From Actinomycetota bacterium (GTDB lineage Bacteria; Actinomycetota; Acidimicrobiia; Acidimicrobiales; Ilumatobacteraceae): a stretch of 64,000 nucleotides of DNA. The stretch lies in contig WLHL01000002.1 in NCBI GenBank assembly GCA_009702755.1, forward strand, positions 27,613 to 91,612, given 5' to 3'. The position numbers and the translations under genes were made by a program. Positions 36,497 to 46,234 of the stretch are shown piece after piece (position 1 is the first letter of the stretch; every line of letters starts with the position of its first letter). A model generated the notes under the pieces. The model searched no databases. It was not told where the DNA came from and saw only the letters and a program-made list of their open reading frames with translations.

Positions 36497-36838
36497 GTGA
36501 ATGCAATTCTTCTCGCCGCTGAAAGTAACAGTAACTCTCCTGTCGGAATCATCGTTGTCTATGCGGTGCTCTTTGCCGGAATGTATTTCGTCATCATTCG
36601 TCCACGTAGCCGTCGCAACAAGCAGGCAGCTGCGCTGGTGGCTTCCACTGCCGTTGGTGATGAAGTGGTCTTGACTTCTGGCATCTATGGCTTTGTCAGT
36701 GCAGTCGAAGATGACATTTTGTGGGTCGACATTGCTGATGGACATGGCACAGAGCGCATTGAAGTTCGCGTGAGCCGTTCAGCTGTTGCTCGCAAGATTG
36801 TGTCGGCTGGCGAAGCCGATGATTCTGCGAAGAAGTAG
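36497..36838 (+). CDS. yajC: Preprotein translocase subunit YajC
   Basis: The GTG at 36497 is the first start after the tgt stop, with AGGA 9 nt upstream. A single TM is followed by YFVIIRPRSRRNK and GDEVVLTSGIYG.V. The ORF-track start at 36326 lies inside tgt. Confidence 0.85.
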   Translation: MNAILLAAESNSNSPVGIIVVYAVLFAGMYFVIIRPRSRRNKQAAALVASTAVGDEVVLTSGIYGFVSAVEDDILWVDIADGHGTERIEVRVSRSAVARKIVSAGEADDSAKK

Positions 36839-36841
36839 AGC

Positions 36842-38374
36842 ATGCCGAAGCGCAATCTTCTTGTTTCTTTAATTTCAATTCTCGTTGTCGCCTTCGGACT
36901 TTTTCTTGGAAACACGATTGTTGGTAATTCACCTTCTCTAGGTCTTGACCTTCAAGGTGGTGCCTCGGTCACGATGACTCCTATTGGCGAATATGAAGAA
37001 GCAGCACTCTCAGTTGCTGTGGACATCATTCGTCAGCGTGTTGACTCCATCGGTGTTGCAGAACCAGAAATCATTCGCCAAGGCGACACAGTTGTTGTCA
37101 ACCTTCCTGGTGTCAAGGATCAGCAACAGGCCCTCGACCTGATTGGTCGAACTGGCGCTGTTGAGATGCGTCCAGTGTTGAGGACAGCAGAAAACCCTGA
37201 GAACACAACCACGACAACTGGCGCCAAGGGCGCTACAACCACCACCGTGAAGGGCGCAACGTCGTCAACTGTTGCTCAGTCGTCAACAACGTTGGCGCCT
37301 CCATCTGGTGGAGGTGGAGAGTCGCGCGGACGTGCAGTGCCACAAACAACGGTTCCCGTTGCAACCACAGTGCCTGGAACAGATCCTGAAACTGGTCTTG
37401 CTCCTGGTCAGACTGTGTACGCAGGCCAGAAAGATGGTCTGATTTATCTCTTAGGTCCAGCTGGTGCAACCGGCGAAGTATTCACGAATGAAGCAACTGC
37501 TCAGATTGATGCGGGTGGATGGGCTGTGTCGGTCAATTTGCGAGATGGCGCAGCTGGTGAAGATCAGTGGAATGCTCTTGCAAAGCAGTGTTTTGAGGGT
37601 GGCGAAGGTTGCCCGTCAAAGCAAATCGCTATCAGTCTTGACGGTGAAGTGATCTCGGCGCCAGTGGTACAGGCGCCTTCGTTCAATGGAAGTGTTCAAA
37701 TAACAGGCTCGTTTACTGAGAAGGAAGCCAACGATCTCGCTCGCATCCTTCAGTTCGGTGCAGTTCCGGTCAAGTTCGATACACCGACCGTGCAGACAGT
37801 GTCCGCATCGTTGGGTGAGGATTCATTGAAAGCTGCATTGATCTCCGGTCTCATCGGTGTTCTTCTGGTCTTGCTCTTCCTGATCTTCTATTACCGCCTC
37901 ATTGCATTGGTCGTCGTAGCCGGTCTCGGTGTCTCAGGTCTTCTGATGTGGAGTGTGGTCTCGTGGTTGTCGAAGACAAACGGCCTTGCATTGACATTGT
38001 CCGGTGCCGCAGGAATCATCGTGTCGATTGGTGTCACTGTTGACTCGTACGTGGTGTTCTTTGAGAAGTTGAAGGATGACGTGCAAGCAGGTCGCACAAT
38101 GCGGAACTCTGCTGCTCGAGGGTTTGACTCTGCTTGGCGTGCAATCGTCGTGGCCGACACGGCATCTCTTATCGGTGCAGTGGTGTTGTGGTGGCTCACT
38201 GTCGGTTCCGTTCGCGGATTCGCATTCTTCCTTGGACTTTCAACACTGATTGACATGATCGTTTCGTACTTCTTTACTCGTCCTTCTGTGCTTCTTCTTG
38301 CTCGAACGAAGTTGTTCAATAACGGAAAAGTTCTCGGAGTCAGAGGCACATCAACGGCAGCGGAGGTTGCATAA
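36842..38374 (+). CDS. secD: Protein translocase subunit SecD (with a Thr/Gly-rich periplasmic insert)
   Basis: LGLDLQGG and GVAEPEIIRQG, plus six TM helices including the C-terminal bundle. Confidence 0.95.
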   Translation: MPKRNLLVSLISILVVAFGLFLGNTIVGNSPSLGLDLQGGASVTMTPIGEYEEAALSVAVDIIRQRVDSIGVAEPEIIRQGDTVVVNLPGVKDQQQALDLIGRTGAVEMRPVLRTAENPENTTTTTGAKGATTTTVKGATSSTVAQSSTTLAPPSGGGGESRGRAVPQTTVPVATTVPGTDPETGLAPGQTVYAGQKDGLIYLLGPAGATGEVFTNEATAQIDAGGWAVSVNLRDGAAGEDQWNALAKQCFEGGEGCPSKQIAISLDGEVISAPVVQAPSFNGSVQITGSFTEKEANDLARILQFGAVPVKFDTPTVQTVSASLGEDSLKAALISGLIGVLLVLLFLIFYYRLIALVVVAGLGVSGLLMWSVVSWLSKTNGLALTLSGAAGIIVSIGVTVDSYVVFFEKLKDDVQAGRTMRNSAARGFDSAWRAIVVADTASLIGAVVLWWLTVGSVRGFAFFLGLSTLIDMIVSYFFTRPSVLLLARTKLFNNGKVLGVRGTSTAAEVA

Positions 38375-39495
38375 TGTCCGGTCGTTGGCAGCGTCTGTAT
38401 CGCGGTGAAACCACAATCAACTTCTATGGTCGCCGCAACGTCGGCTTCATTGCATCTGGCCTTCTCCTGCTTGTCACCATTGTCTCTTTGTTCGCACAAG
38501 GTCTCAATCTCGGTATTGACTTCAAGGGCGGCGTAGCTTTTGAAATGTCAGTCAACGGAAAAATCACAGTTGAAGAGGCACGGACCATTCTTGAAGAGAA
38601 CAAGGTCGAAGCTTCTGGCGCCAAGATTCAGACCCTTAGTTCGGGTGCTGATGAGCGCATCCGTATCCAGCTTGAAGTCCTTGACACAAAAGTAGAGGAA
38701 TCAGTTCGGGAAGATCTGGCGACGAAAGTCGGAATCAAAGCTGGTGATGTCAGTATTGAAAAAGTGAGTGCCACGTGGGGCCGAGGCATCACGCGAGACG
38801 CCATCCAGGCGTTGTTGACATTCCTTGTTCTTGTTTCGTTGTTCATCGCATGGCGTTTCGAAGCTCGTATGGCTGCTGGTGCTCTCGCTGCTGTTGTGCA
38901 CGACGTGCTGATCAGTGTGGGCGTGTACTCCGTTACAGGACTTGAAGTCACTCCGGCAACCGTCGTTGCTTTCCTTACCATCCTTGGTTTCTCGTTGTAT
39001 GACACCATCGTGGTATTTGACAAAGTCGATGAGAATCAGAAGCGTTTCGCGAACACGCGGGTTCCGTACGCCGACATTGTCAATGTCTCGATGAACCAGA
39101 CACTGATGCGTTCCTTGAATACGACCGTTGCTGCTGTTCTACCTGTTTTGAGCCTGTTGGTTCTTGGCTCCGGCGTCTTCGGTGCTGTTGCGTTGCAAGA
39201 GTTCGCATTGGCATTGCTCGTTGGTATGGCAACTGGTGCCTACTCATCAATTTTCATTGCTTCGCCTGTTTTGGGTCTCCTCAAAGAACGCAGTCGTGAG
39301 TACAGCGCACTGCGTGGTCAGGTCTCAATCGGTGCAGATATGGCTCATGTCATGGCCACAGGCACTCCGCAAAGCCGTCGTGCACGTCAGGTCGACAATG
39401 CGGCAAGTACAGATACATCAACTCCCACACCGGTTCCCGCAGTGGAGGCAATTCTTAGCCACCCACCGCGACCCCGGAAGAAGTCGCGTCGGTAA
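38374..39495 (+). CDS. secF: Protein translocase subunit SecF
   Basis: INFYGRRNVGF...GLNLGIDFKGG, TM bundle, YDTIVVFDKV. A TAATG overlap links it to secD. Confidence 0.95.
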   Translation: MSGRWQRLYRGETTINFYGRRNVGFIASGLLLLVTIVSLFAQGLNLGIDFKGGVAFEMSVNGKITVEEARTILEENKVEASGAKIQTLSSGADERIRIQLEVLDTKVEESVREDLATKVGIKAGDVSIEKVSATWGRGITRDAIQALLTFLVLVSLFIAWRFEARMAAGALAAVVHDVLISVGVYSVTGLEVTPATVVAFLTILGFSLYDTIVVFDKVDENQKRFANTRVPYADIVNVSMNQTLMRSLNTTVAAVLPVLSLLVLGSGVFGAVALQEFALALLVGMATGAYSSIFIASPVLGLLKERSREYSALRGQVSIGADMAHVMATGTPQSRRARQVDNAASTDTSTPTPVPAVEAILSHPPRPRKKSRR

Positions 39496-39504
39496 CATTG
39501 CGCC

Positions 39505-41724
39505 ATGGCCACTGCCGACCGCGTCCTTCCGTGGAGACGGCACCATAGTGCGCCCATTGAGGAAATAGCTCCTCTCCTCACGGCGTATCGTAAGCGTCAT
39601 CCCAAGGCCTCCGTTGCGTTAGTCAACCGCGCTTATGAGGCAGCACGGATTGCACACATCTCTCAGCAGCGTTCATCGGGTGAGGCATACATCAATCACC
39701 CCATCGCTGTTGCTCGCATTGTTGCCGACATCGGTCTTGATGACATTTCCTTGGCGGCTGCTCTCTTGCATGACGCGGTGGAAGATACCGAAATCACGCT
39801 TGAGGACGTGAAACGTAATTTTGGAGACGAGGTAGCAAACCTTGTTGACGGTGTCACCAAGTTGGAGCGCCTGCAATTTGACTCCCGTGAGGCTCAGCAG
39901 GCTGCCACGATGCGCAAGATGCTTGTTGCCATGGCGCGTGACATGCGCGTCCTTGTTATCAAACTGGCTGATCGCTTGCACAACATGCGCACATTGGCGG
40001 GTGTCCCCGTCGACAAGCAGCAGCGTATTGCCCAGGAAACTCTCGATATCTATGCACCACTGGCAAACCGTTTGGGCATGCAAGAAATCAAGCAACAGTT
40101 AGAAGATCTGTCGTTCTCTGCTCTCTACCCGAAGCGCTTCGCAGAGCTAGACCATCTTGTCTCTTCTCGTACTCCCGAGCGCGATGTCTACTTGGCGAAG
40201 GCGATTGCAGAAATTCGTACTCGACTTGCAGATGTAAACATCGCGGGTGATGTCACAGGGCGAGGAAAGCATCTGTGGAGCATCTACGAAAAGATGATTC
40301 AGAAGGACAAAGACTTTGATGAAATCTTTGACCTCGTCGCAGTGCGAATCATTGTTGACAACATTCGCGATTGCTACGGAGCCTTAGGTTGCATTCACGG
40401 TAAGTGGCGTCCAGTCGTCGGCCGCTTCAAGGATTACATCGCAATGCCGAAGTACAACTTGTACCAGTCGTTGCACACAACAGTGATCGGTCCTGGCGGT
40501 AAGCCGTTAGAGATTCAAATTCGTACTCGTGAAATGCATGAACGAGCCGAGTGGGGAGTTGCTGCCCACTTCTCGTACAAGCAGGGAACAGACTCAAACG
40601 ATTCTGATTGGCTGAATCGCATTATTGATTGGCAGTCAGACATCACTGACCCCAATGAGTTCATGGCCGACTTGAAGAACGACCTTGAACAAGAGGAAGT
40701 GTTTGTATTTACTCCAAAGGGTCGTGTCATAACGTTGCCACTGAACTCGACACCAGTTGACTTTGCCTATGCGGTGCACACAGAAGTGGGGCATGCATGT
40801 GTTGGCGCTCGGGTGAATGGTCGACTTGTTTCTCTTGATGCGCGACTGGCCTCTGGCGACTCATGCGAGATCTTCACTTCAAAGGTGGAAGATGCTGGTC
40901 CGTCGAGAGATTGGCTTGGATTTGTCCAATCTCCACGAGCACGAACCAAGATCAAGAACTGGTTCACGCGTGAACGACGCGAAGACATGGTCGAATCAGG
41001 TCGTGAGGAACTCACTGCCGAACTTCGTCGCGAGGGGCTTCCTGTTCAGAAAATCTGGACCTCAGATGCTTTCCTTCAAGAACTTGAAGCACTCAACATG
41101 GCAGACATTGACACGTTGTTTGCTGCCGTGGGCGAACATCATGTGTCTGCACGCGGATTCGCGCAGCGTATCGGTCGTGCAGTTCGACGAGAAGGCAGCG
41201 ATGAGCAGTTGGCCATGCCGATGCGCGTTGACCGACTAACGACCGAACGTCGTGGCTCTGCCGGTATTCATGTCGAAGGCCTTGACGATGTACTGGTCCG
41301 TTTGTCTCGCTGTTGCACTCCGGTGCCCGGTGACGACATCTTGGGGTTCGTCACAAAGGGTAGGGGAGTCAGTGTTCACCGATCTGACTGTGCCAACGCA
41401 GTGACCCTTATGGTGGATGAACCCACACGCATGCTTGACGTGGAGTGGTCCCGCACGGCACCGGGAACACTGTTTACTGCGGGTGTCGAAGTGGTTGCTC
41501 TCGACCGCGGTCGTCTTTTGCGTGACGTGGCTAATGCATTGTCGGAGCAGCACGTGAATATCGTTGCCTGCAGCACAAACACAGGCTCAGACAGAGTGGC
41601 CAAGATGCGCTTCGAGTTTGAACTCGCTGACCCCAATCATCTTGAATCAGTTCTGAGGGTGATTAAGTCCATTGATTCGGTGTTCGACGCATATCGCATC
41701 GTCCCTGGTGGTGCGCCCGACTAG
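39505..41724 (+). CDS. relA: Bifunctional (p)ppGpp synthetase/hydrolase (RSH, Rel-type)
   Basis: HD hydrolase domain (HPIAVARIV...LLHDAVEDT), synthetase domain (YQSLHTTV), and TGS and ACT domains. 739 aa. Confidence 0.96.
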   Translation: MATADRVLPWRRHHSAPIEEIAPLLTAYRKRHPKASVALVNRAYEAARIAHISQQRSSGEAYINHPIAVARIVADIGLDDISLAAALLHDAVEDTEITLEDVKRNFGDEVANLVDGVTKLERLQFDSREAQQAATMRKMLVAMARDMRVLVIKLADRLHNMRTLAGVPVDKQQRIAQETLDIYAPLANRLGMQEIKQQLEDLSFSALYPKRFAELDHLVSSRTPERDVYLAKAIAEIRTRLADVNIAGDVTGRGKHLWSIYEKMIQKDKDFDEIFDLVAVRIIVDNIRDCYGALGCIHGKWRPVVGRFKDYIAMPKYNLYQSLHTTVIGPGGKPLEIQIRTREMHERAEWGVAAHFSYKQGTDSNDSDWLNRIIDWQSDITDPNEFMADLKNDLEQEEVFVFTPKGRVITLPLNSTPVDFAYAVHTEVGHACVGARVNGRLVSLDARLASGDSCEIFTSKVEDAGPSRDWLGFVQSPRARTKIKNWFTRERREDMVESGREELTAELRREGLPVQKIWTSDAFLQELEALNMADIDTLFAAVGEHHVSARGFAQRIGRAVRREGSDEQLAMPMRVDRLTTERRGSAGIHVEGLDDVLVRLSRCCTPVPGDDILGFVTKGRGVSVHRSDCANAVTLMVDEPTRMLDVEWSRTAPGTLFTAGVEVVALDRGRLLRDVANALSEQHVNIVACSTNTGSDRVAKMRFEFELADPNHLESVLRVIKSIDSVFDAYRIVPGGAPD

Positions 41725-41726
41725 CC

Positions 41727-43013
41727 TTGCCTGTCGTGCCGTCATTCCAGACCAGTCCGGGTACCCGAGACATCCTTCCCCCGCAGGCGGGTCGCTGGCG
41801 TGCCTTTACGAGCCAGTTCGCAGACATTGTCGAGTCGGCCGGATACGAATGCATTATTCCCCCGATGTTTGAAGACCTCGGAGTGTTTCTGCGACTCGGT
41901 GATGCCACAGATGTCGTCACCAAAGAGATGTATGACTTCGAGGACAAGGGTGGGCGACGTATTGCATTGCGGCCTGAGCACACCGCAGGCATCTGTCGCT
42001 CTTTTGCTCAGCACAGACCAACCACACCGTGGAAGGTGTGGTATTCCGGTTCCAATTTTCGGTATGAAAAAGCACAAGCTGGACGCTTTCGACAATTCGA
42101 CCAGGTAGGAATCGAAGTTCTCGGTAGCACCGACGCGTTGCTGGATGTTGAAGTCATCTCTTTGGGATGGCAGTTCTTCCAGTCTCTCGGATTGACAAAT
42201 GTCGTGTTGATGATCAATTCGCTGGGTGACCCGGAAGACCGTGCGGCGTACATTGAAGCGTTACGCGAGTACTTTGAGTCTCATTCAGAAAAACTGTCCG
42301 AGGAATCTCGCGCGACTTTGCAGCGCAATCCTCTTCGTGTCCTTGATTCCAAGCGTGTGCAAGACAGGACCATCATTGATGCCGCTCCGACAATTTCTCA
42401 ATTCTTGTCAGAAGATGCACAGGTTCACTTCACAAAGGTGAAAGCTGGCCTTGATGCATTGGGTGTGACGTACTCGGTCAGCGAAGGTCTGGTTCGTGGT
42501 TTGGATTATTACCAGCGCACCGTGTTTGAGTACGTATCAACGTCGCTTGACAGTGCGCAGACGGCTGTGGGCGGCGGAGGCCGCTATGACGGGTTAGTCG
42601 AAGATCTTGGTGGACCCGCAACGCCAGGTGTGGGCTTTGCTTTGGGAATTGACCGCACGTTGTTGGCATGTGACAGCGAAGAAGTGTTCCAGGGTGCTTC
42701 ACCTCAGATTGACGCCTTCATTGTTGATGTTGTCGACGGCATGACGGCTCTTCGTCTTGCAGATGAATTGCGTGCTGCCGGATTCACTGTTGACCGTGCA
42801 TATGACGGACGCAGTATGAAATCGCAGATGAAAGTCGCTGACCGAAGCGGCGCTCGGATTGCCATCATCATTGGTCCCGATGAGGCTGAGGCGGGGAACT
42901 GCACTGTCCGTAACCTGATGACCTCGGAACAAAGCCTTGTTTTGCAAACTGAAGTGGTCACACATCTCGCGTCCATCGTTGGTGAACGTAACCCCCGGAG
43001 GAACACACAATGA
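41727..43013 (+). CDS. hisS: Histidine--tRNA ligase
   Basis: GTRDILP, RPEHTAG, FRYE.AQAGRFRQF and GGGRYDGL. The start is TTG 41727 or GTG 41736. Confidence 0.95.
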   Translation: MPVVPSFQTSPGTRDILPPQAGRWRAFTSQFADIVESAGYECIIPPMFEDLGVFLRLGDATDVVTKEMYDFEDKGGRRIALRPEHTAGICRSFAQHRPTTPWKVWYSGSNFRYEKAQAGRFRQFDQVGIEVLGSTDALLDVEVISLGWQFFQSLGLTNVVLMINSLGDPEDRAAYIEALREYFESHSEKLSEESRATLQRNPLRVLDSKRVQDRTIIDAAPTISQFLSEDAQVHFTKVKAGLDALGVTYSVSEGLVRGLDYYQRTVFEYVSTSLDSAQTAVGGGGRYDGLVEDLGGPATPGVGFALGIDRTLLACDSEEVFQGASPQIDAFIVDVVDGMTALRLADELRAAGFTVDRAYDGRSMKSQMKVADRSGARIAIIIGPDEAEAGNCTVRNLMTSEQSLVLQTEVVTHLASIVGERNPRRNTQ

Positions 43014-44773
43014 AGTCAACCGCAATGCGCACACATATGTGCGGTGAGTTGAATGAGTCTCATATCGGCACCACCATCTCAGTCTGTGGCTGGGTGGGGC
43101 GTCGTCGCGAGCACGGAGAGAAACTGGCGTTCGTTGACTTGCGTGACCATTCCGGGATCATTCAGTGCGTGGTCGACAATGACGTCGATGTCCGTAGTGA
43201 ATACGTCATCCGAGTGACGGGCGTTGTTCGTGCTCGTCCAGAAGGAACAGTGAACACAGCATTGTCGACTGGCCAAGTTGAGGTGGGCGAGTGTGTTGTT
43301 GAAGTTTTGAACTCTGCAGAGCCACCTCCGTTTCCTGTTGACCAACGTGCAGATGACGTTGATGAAATGGTTCGCCTGAAGTATCGCTATCTCGACATTC
43401 GTCGTGAGCGCATGCAAAGGAATCTTCGTGTACGCGCCAAGGTCAATAGTGCGATTCGTAGTGCCATGGAAGAAAACGGTTTTCTCGAAGTGGAGACTCC
43501 GCTTCTCATGCCGTCGACACCAGAAGGCGCCCGCGAATTCCTCGTTCCATCTCGCAAGGAACATGGTTCGTTCTTTGCCTTACCGCAGTCACCTCAGTTA
43601 TGGAAGCAGTTGTTGATGGTGTCGGGAGTCGATCGGTATTACCAGATTGCAAAGTGCCTCCGCGATGAAGATCTCCGAGCAGATCGCCAGTATGAGTTCA
43701 TGCAGTTGGACGCAGAGATGTCGTTCGTATCGCAAGATGATGTTCTCGAATTCATTGGTCGCGCAGTTGTTGCTGCGGCAACCGCTGTGACTGGTGAAGC
43801 TCCTCCCACAATCGAGCGAATCACGTGGCGAGAAGCAATGGAGCGATTCGGAAGCGACAAGCCAGACTTGCGCTTTGGGATGGATTTAGTGGAGTTGACA
43901 CCACTCTTTTCGTCAACTGAGTTCAAGGCGTTTGCAGGCGCCGAATGCATCAAAGGCATTTGTGTCGATGCCGCAACGTATCCAGAAGCTGCGGCGTATG
44001 GTCGCAACAAGCTTGATGCCTTGACCGACCGGGCAAAGAAAATCGGGGCTAAGGGTCTTGTCTGGATGAAAGTCGGTGCAGACTCCGCCGTTGAGTCTCC
44101 GGTTGCAAAGTTCCTCTCAGACGCCGAACGCATCTCGTTGGTATCCACCATGGGCGCAGTGGAAGGCGACTTGATTCTCCTTGTTGCCGATGAGTGGATG
44201 ACAACGTGTGAAGTGCTGGGCACCTTGCGCAACGACGTCGGTCGTCCTCCTGTGCATGAAGGTCCGTACCGTTATGTATGGGTGACTGAGTTCCCGTTGT
44301 TTATTGGTGTCGATCCAGTCACGGGGGCACCGCGACCAGGGCATCACCCGTTCTGTCACCCACATCCTGATGACCTGCACTTATTTGAATCAGAACCTTT
44401 GAAAGTACGTGCACTCGCATACGACCTTGTCCTCAACGGTTGGGAATTGGGTTCAGGCTCCATTCGTATTCACGAACCTGAATTGCAACGCCGAGTATTC
44501 AACCGTCTGGGTATCTCGGACGAAGAAGCCGATAAGCGATTCGGCTTCTTCCTTCAACCATTTAAATACGGTGCACCTCCACATGGTGGATTCGCCTTCG
44601 GTATTGATCGCCTCACTGCAATTCTTGCTGGGGAAGAGAACATCCGTGAGGTGATTGCTTTCCCGAAGACGCAAAGTGGCTCTGACCCGATGACGAATGC
44701 GCCTACGCCGGTGGAGCCTGCGCATTTGGCTGATCTCGGTTTGCGTCTTTTGCCTCCTCCTGCCACGTCGTAG
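43010..44773 (+). CDS. aspS: Aspartate--tRNA ligase
   Basis: RTHMCGEL, FVDLRDHSG..Q, FYALPQSPQL-type, RDEDLRADRQ.EF and GGFAFGIDRL. GGAGG RBS. An ATGA overlap links it to hisS. Confidence 0.97.
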   Translation: MKSTAMRTHMCGELNESHIGTTISVCGWVGRRREHGEKLAFVDLRDHSGIIQCVVDNDVDVRSEYVIRVTGVVRARPEGTVNTALSTGQVEVGECVVEVLNSAEPPPFPVDQRADDVDEMVRLKYRYLDIRRERMQRNLRVRAKVNSAIRSAMEENGFLEVETPLLMPSTPEGAREFLVPSRKEHGSFFALPQSPQLWKQLLMVSGVDRYYQIAKCLRDEDLRADRQYEFMQLDAEMSFVSQDDVLEFIGRAVVAAATAVTGEAPPTIERITWREAMERFGSDKPDLRFGMDLVELTPLFSSTEFKAFAGAECIKGICVDAATYPEAAAYGRNKLDALTDRAKKIGAKGLVWMKVGADSAVESPVAKFLSDAERISLVSTMGAVEGDLILLVADEWMTTCEVLGTLRNDVGRPPVHEGPYRYVWVTEFPLFIGVDPVTGAPRPGHHPFCHPHPDDLHLFESEPLKVRALAYDLVLNGWELGSGSIRIHEPELQRRVFNRLGISDEEADKRFGFFLQPFKYGAPPHGGFAFGIDRLTAILAGEENIREVIAFPKTQSGSDPMTNAPTPVEPAHLADLGLRLLPPPATS

Positions 44774-44778
44774 TTCTT

Positions 44779-45939
44779 ATGGATGCACCAGACCTCTTCA
44801 CAGCATCCGTGGAAGAGCGCATTGCATCGCGGGCGCCATTGGCAGCCCGGATGCGTCCGGTGTCGTTGGATGATGTCGTCGGACAAGAGCATCTTGTGGG
44901 TCCTTCGGGTCCGCTTCGTCGGCTGATCGAATCTGATCGCTTGGCGTCCATCATCTTGTGGGGTCCTCCAGGGACGGGCAAGACAACGCTTGCAGAACTT
45001 GTTGCAAGTACGACAAAAAGAAACTTTGAACGACTCTCGGCTGTGACTGCGGGCGTGAAAGATATTCGCGAAGTCATTGATGCAGCCAAGAGGCGTCTGA
45101 CAATCGATGATCGTGGAACAGTTGTGTTCGTTGACGAGATTCATCGTTTCAACACGACTCAACAAGATGCGTTGCTGCATGCAGTGGAGAGTGGTCTCGT
45201 CACCTTGGTTGGTGCAACAACTGAGAATCCCGCATTCTCGGTGAATCCTGCCCTGAGGAGTCGATCATCAGTTTTTGGGTTGAAGCCTGTCGATGAAAGT
45301 GCCGTCATTGAACTTCTCCGTCGAGCACTTATTCATGAAGGTATTGAAGCACAGGATGGGGCGATTGAGATTCTCGCTCGTCGCTGTACTGGTGATGCAC
45401 GTCAAGCCTTGACGGCGCTGGAAGTGGCGATTGCGTTGTCGGGTGGCGCCGTTGTCACAGTTGAGAATGCAACAACAGCTCTCGATACAAGTGTGTCGAG
45501 GATGGGTCGAGATGACCACTATGACGTGATCTCTGCATTCATTAAGTCAATGCGTGCTTCAGAAGTTGATATTGCATTGCACTGGCTTGCACGAATGGTG
45601 GAGGCAGGAGAAGATCCACGCTTCATCGCTCGTCGAATGATCATCTTTGCAAGTGAAGACATCGGAATGGCTGACCCAACTGCGTTGCAGACTGCGATTG
45701 CTGTTGCTGATGCGCTTGATCGTGTGGGGCTACCCGAGGCGCTTCATAACTTGGCTCACGCAGTCGTTCATTTGTCCCGTGCGCCCAAAAGCCGAGCAGT
45801 GACTGATGCAATTGCTCGAGCCGTGGCCGATGTTCGTGAAGGGCGCACTGGGCAAGCCCCGGCGACAACAGCACAGCCACCGGGTTTTCGACCCTTGGGA
45901 ATTGGTGAGTTTCGCTATTACCGTGCAGATGGTGAATAG
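44779..45939 (+). CDS. rarA: Replication-associated recombination protein A (RarA/MgsA AAA+ ATPase)
   Basis: PLAARMRP..LDDVVGQEHL, Walker A GPPGTGKTT, Walker B VFVDEIHRFN, GATTENP, and HYDVISAFIKS.R.S..D.AL.WLARM. Confidence 0.93.
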   Translation: MDAPDLFTASVEERIASRAPLAARMRPVSLDDVVGQEHLVGPSGPLRRLIESDRLASIILWGPPGTGKTTLAELVASTTKRNFERLSAVTAGVKDIREVIDAAKRRLTIDDRGTVVFVDEIHRFNTTQQDALLHAVESGLVTLVGATTENPAFSVNPALRSRSSVFGLKPVDESAVIELLRRALIHEGIEAQDGAIEILARRCTGDARQALTALEVAIALSGGAVVTVENATTALDTSVSRMGRDDHYDVISAFIKSMRASEVDIALHWLARMVEAGEDPRFIARRMIIFASEDIGMADPTALQTAIAVADALDRVGLPEALHNLAHAVVHLSRAPKSRAVTDAIARAVADVREGRTGQAPATTAQPPGFRPLGIGEFRYYRADGE

Positions 45940-45962
45940 GTATTTAGGGTGAGGGCATTGTC

Positions 45963-46190
45963 ATGATGAAGCGATTCTTTTGGTTTTCTCTCGGTGTGGT
46001 GGCTGGCGCAACTGGTCTGATGTGGGCGCGCCGCAAGGCGATTGCTGCAGCCGAAAAGATCACGCCAAGCGCGATTCTTTCCGTTCTCATCGACTCGGCC
46101 AAGACATTGGTGACGCGTCTCATTGCCTTGTATGGCAAATCTGAGAGCTCATCTTCTGCTCCGGTTCCCCCGGAGCCTCGCCAGCCATAA
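45963..46190 (+). CDS. Small membrane-anchored hypothetical protein (75 aa)
   Basis: An AGGGTGAGGG RBS-like tract lies upstream of ATG 45963/45966. One N-terminal TM (FFWFSLGVVAGATGLMW), then an amphipathic segment and a Ser/Pro tail. Confidence 0.55.
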   Translation: MMKRFFWFSLGVVAGATGLMWARRKAIAAAEKITPSAILSVLIDSAKTLVTRLIALYGKSESSSSAPVPPEPRQP

Positions 46191-46234
46191 GTCTTCCCAT
46201 CTGACAGAGGGCTGCTGGGTAACATGGAAGTCTC

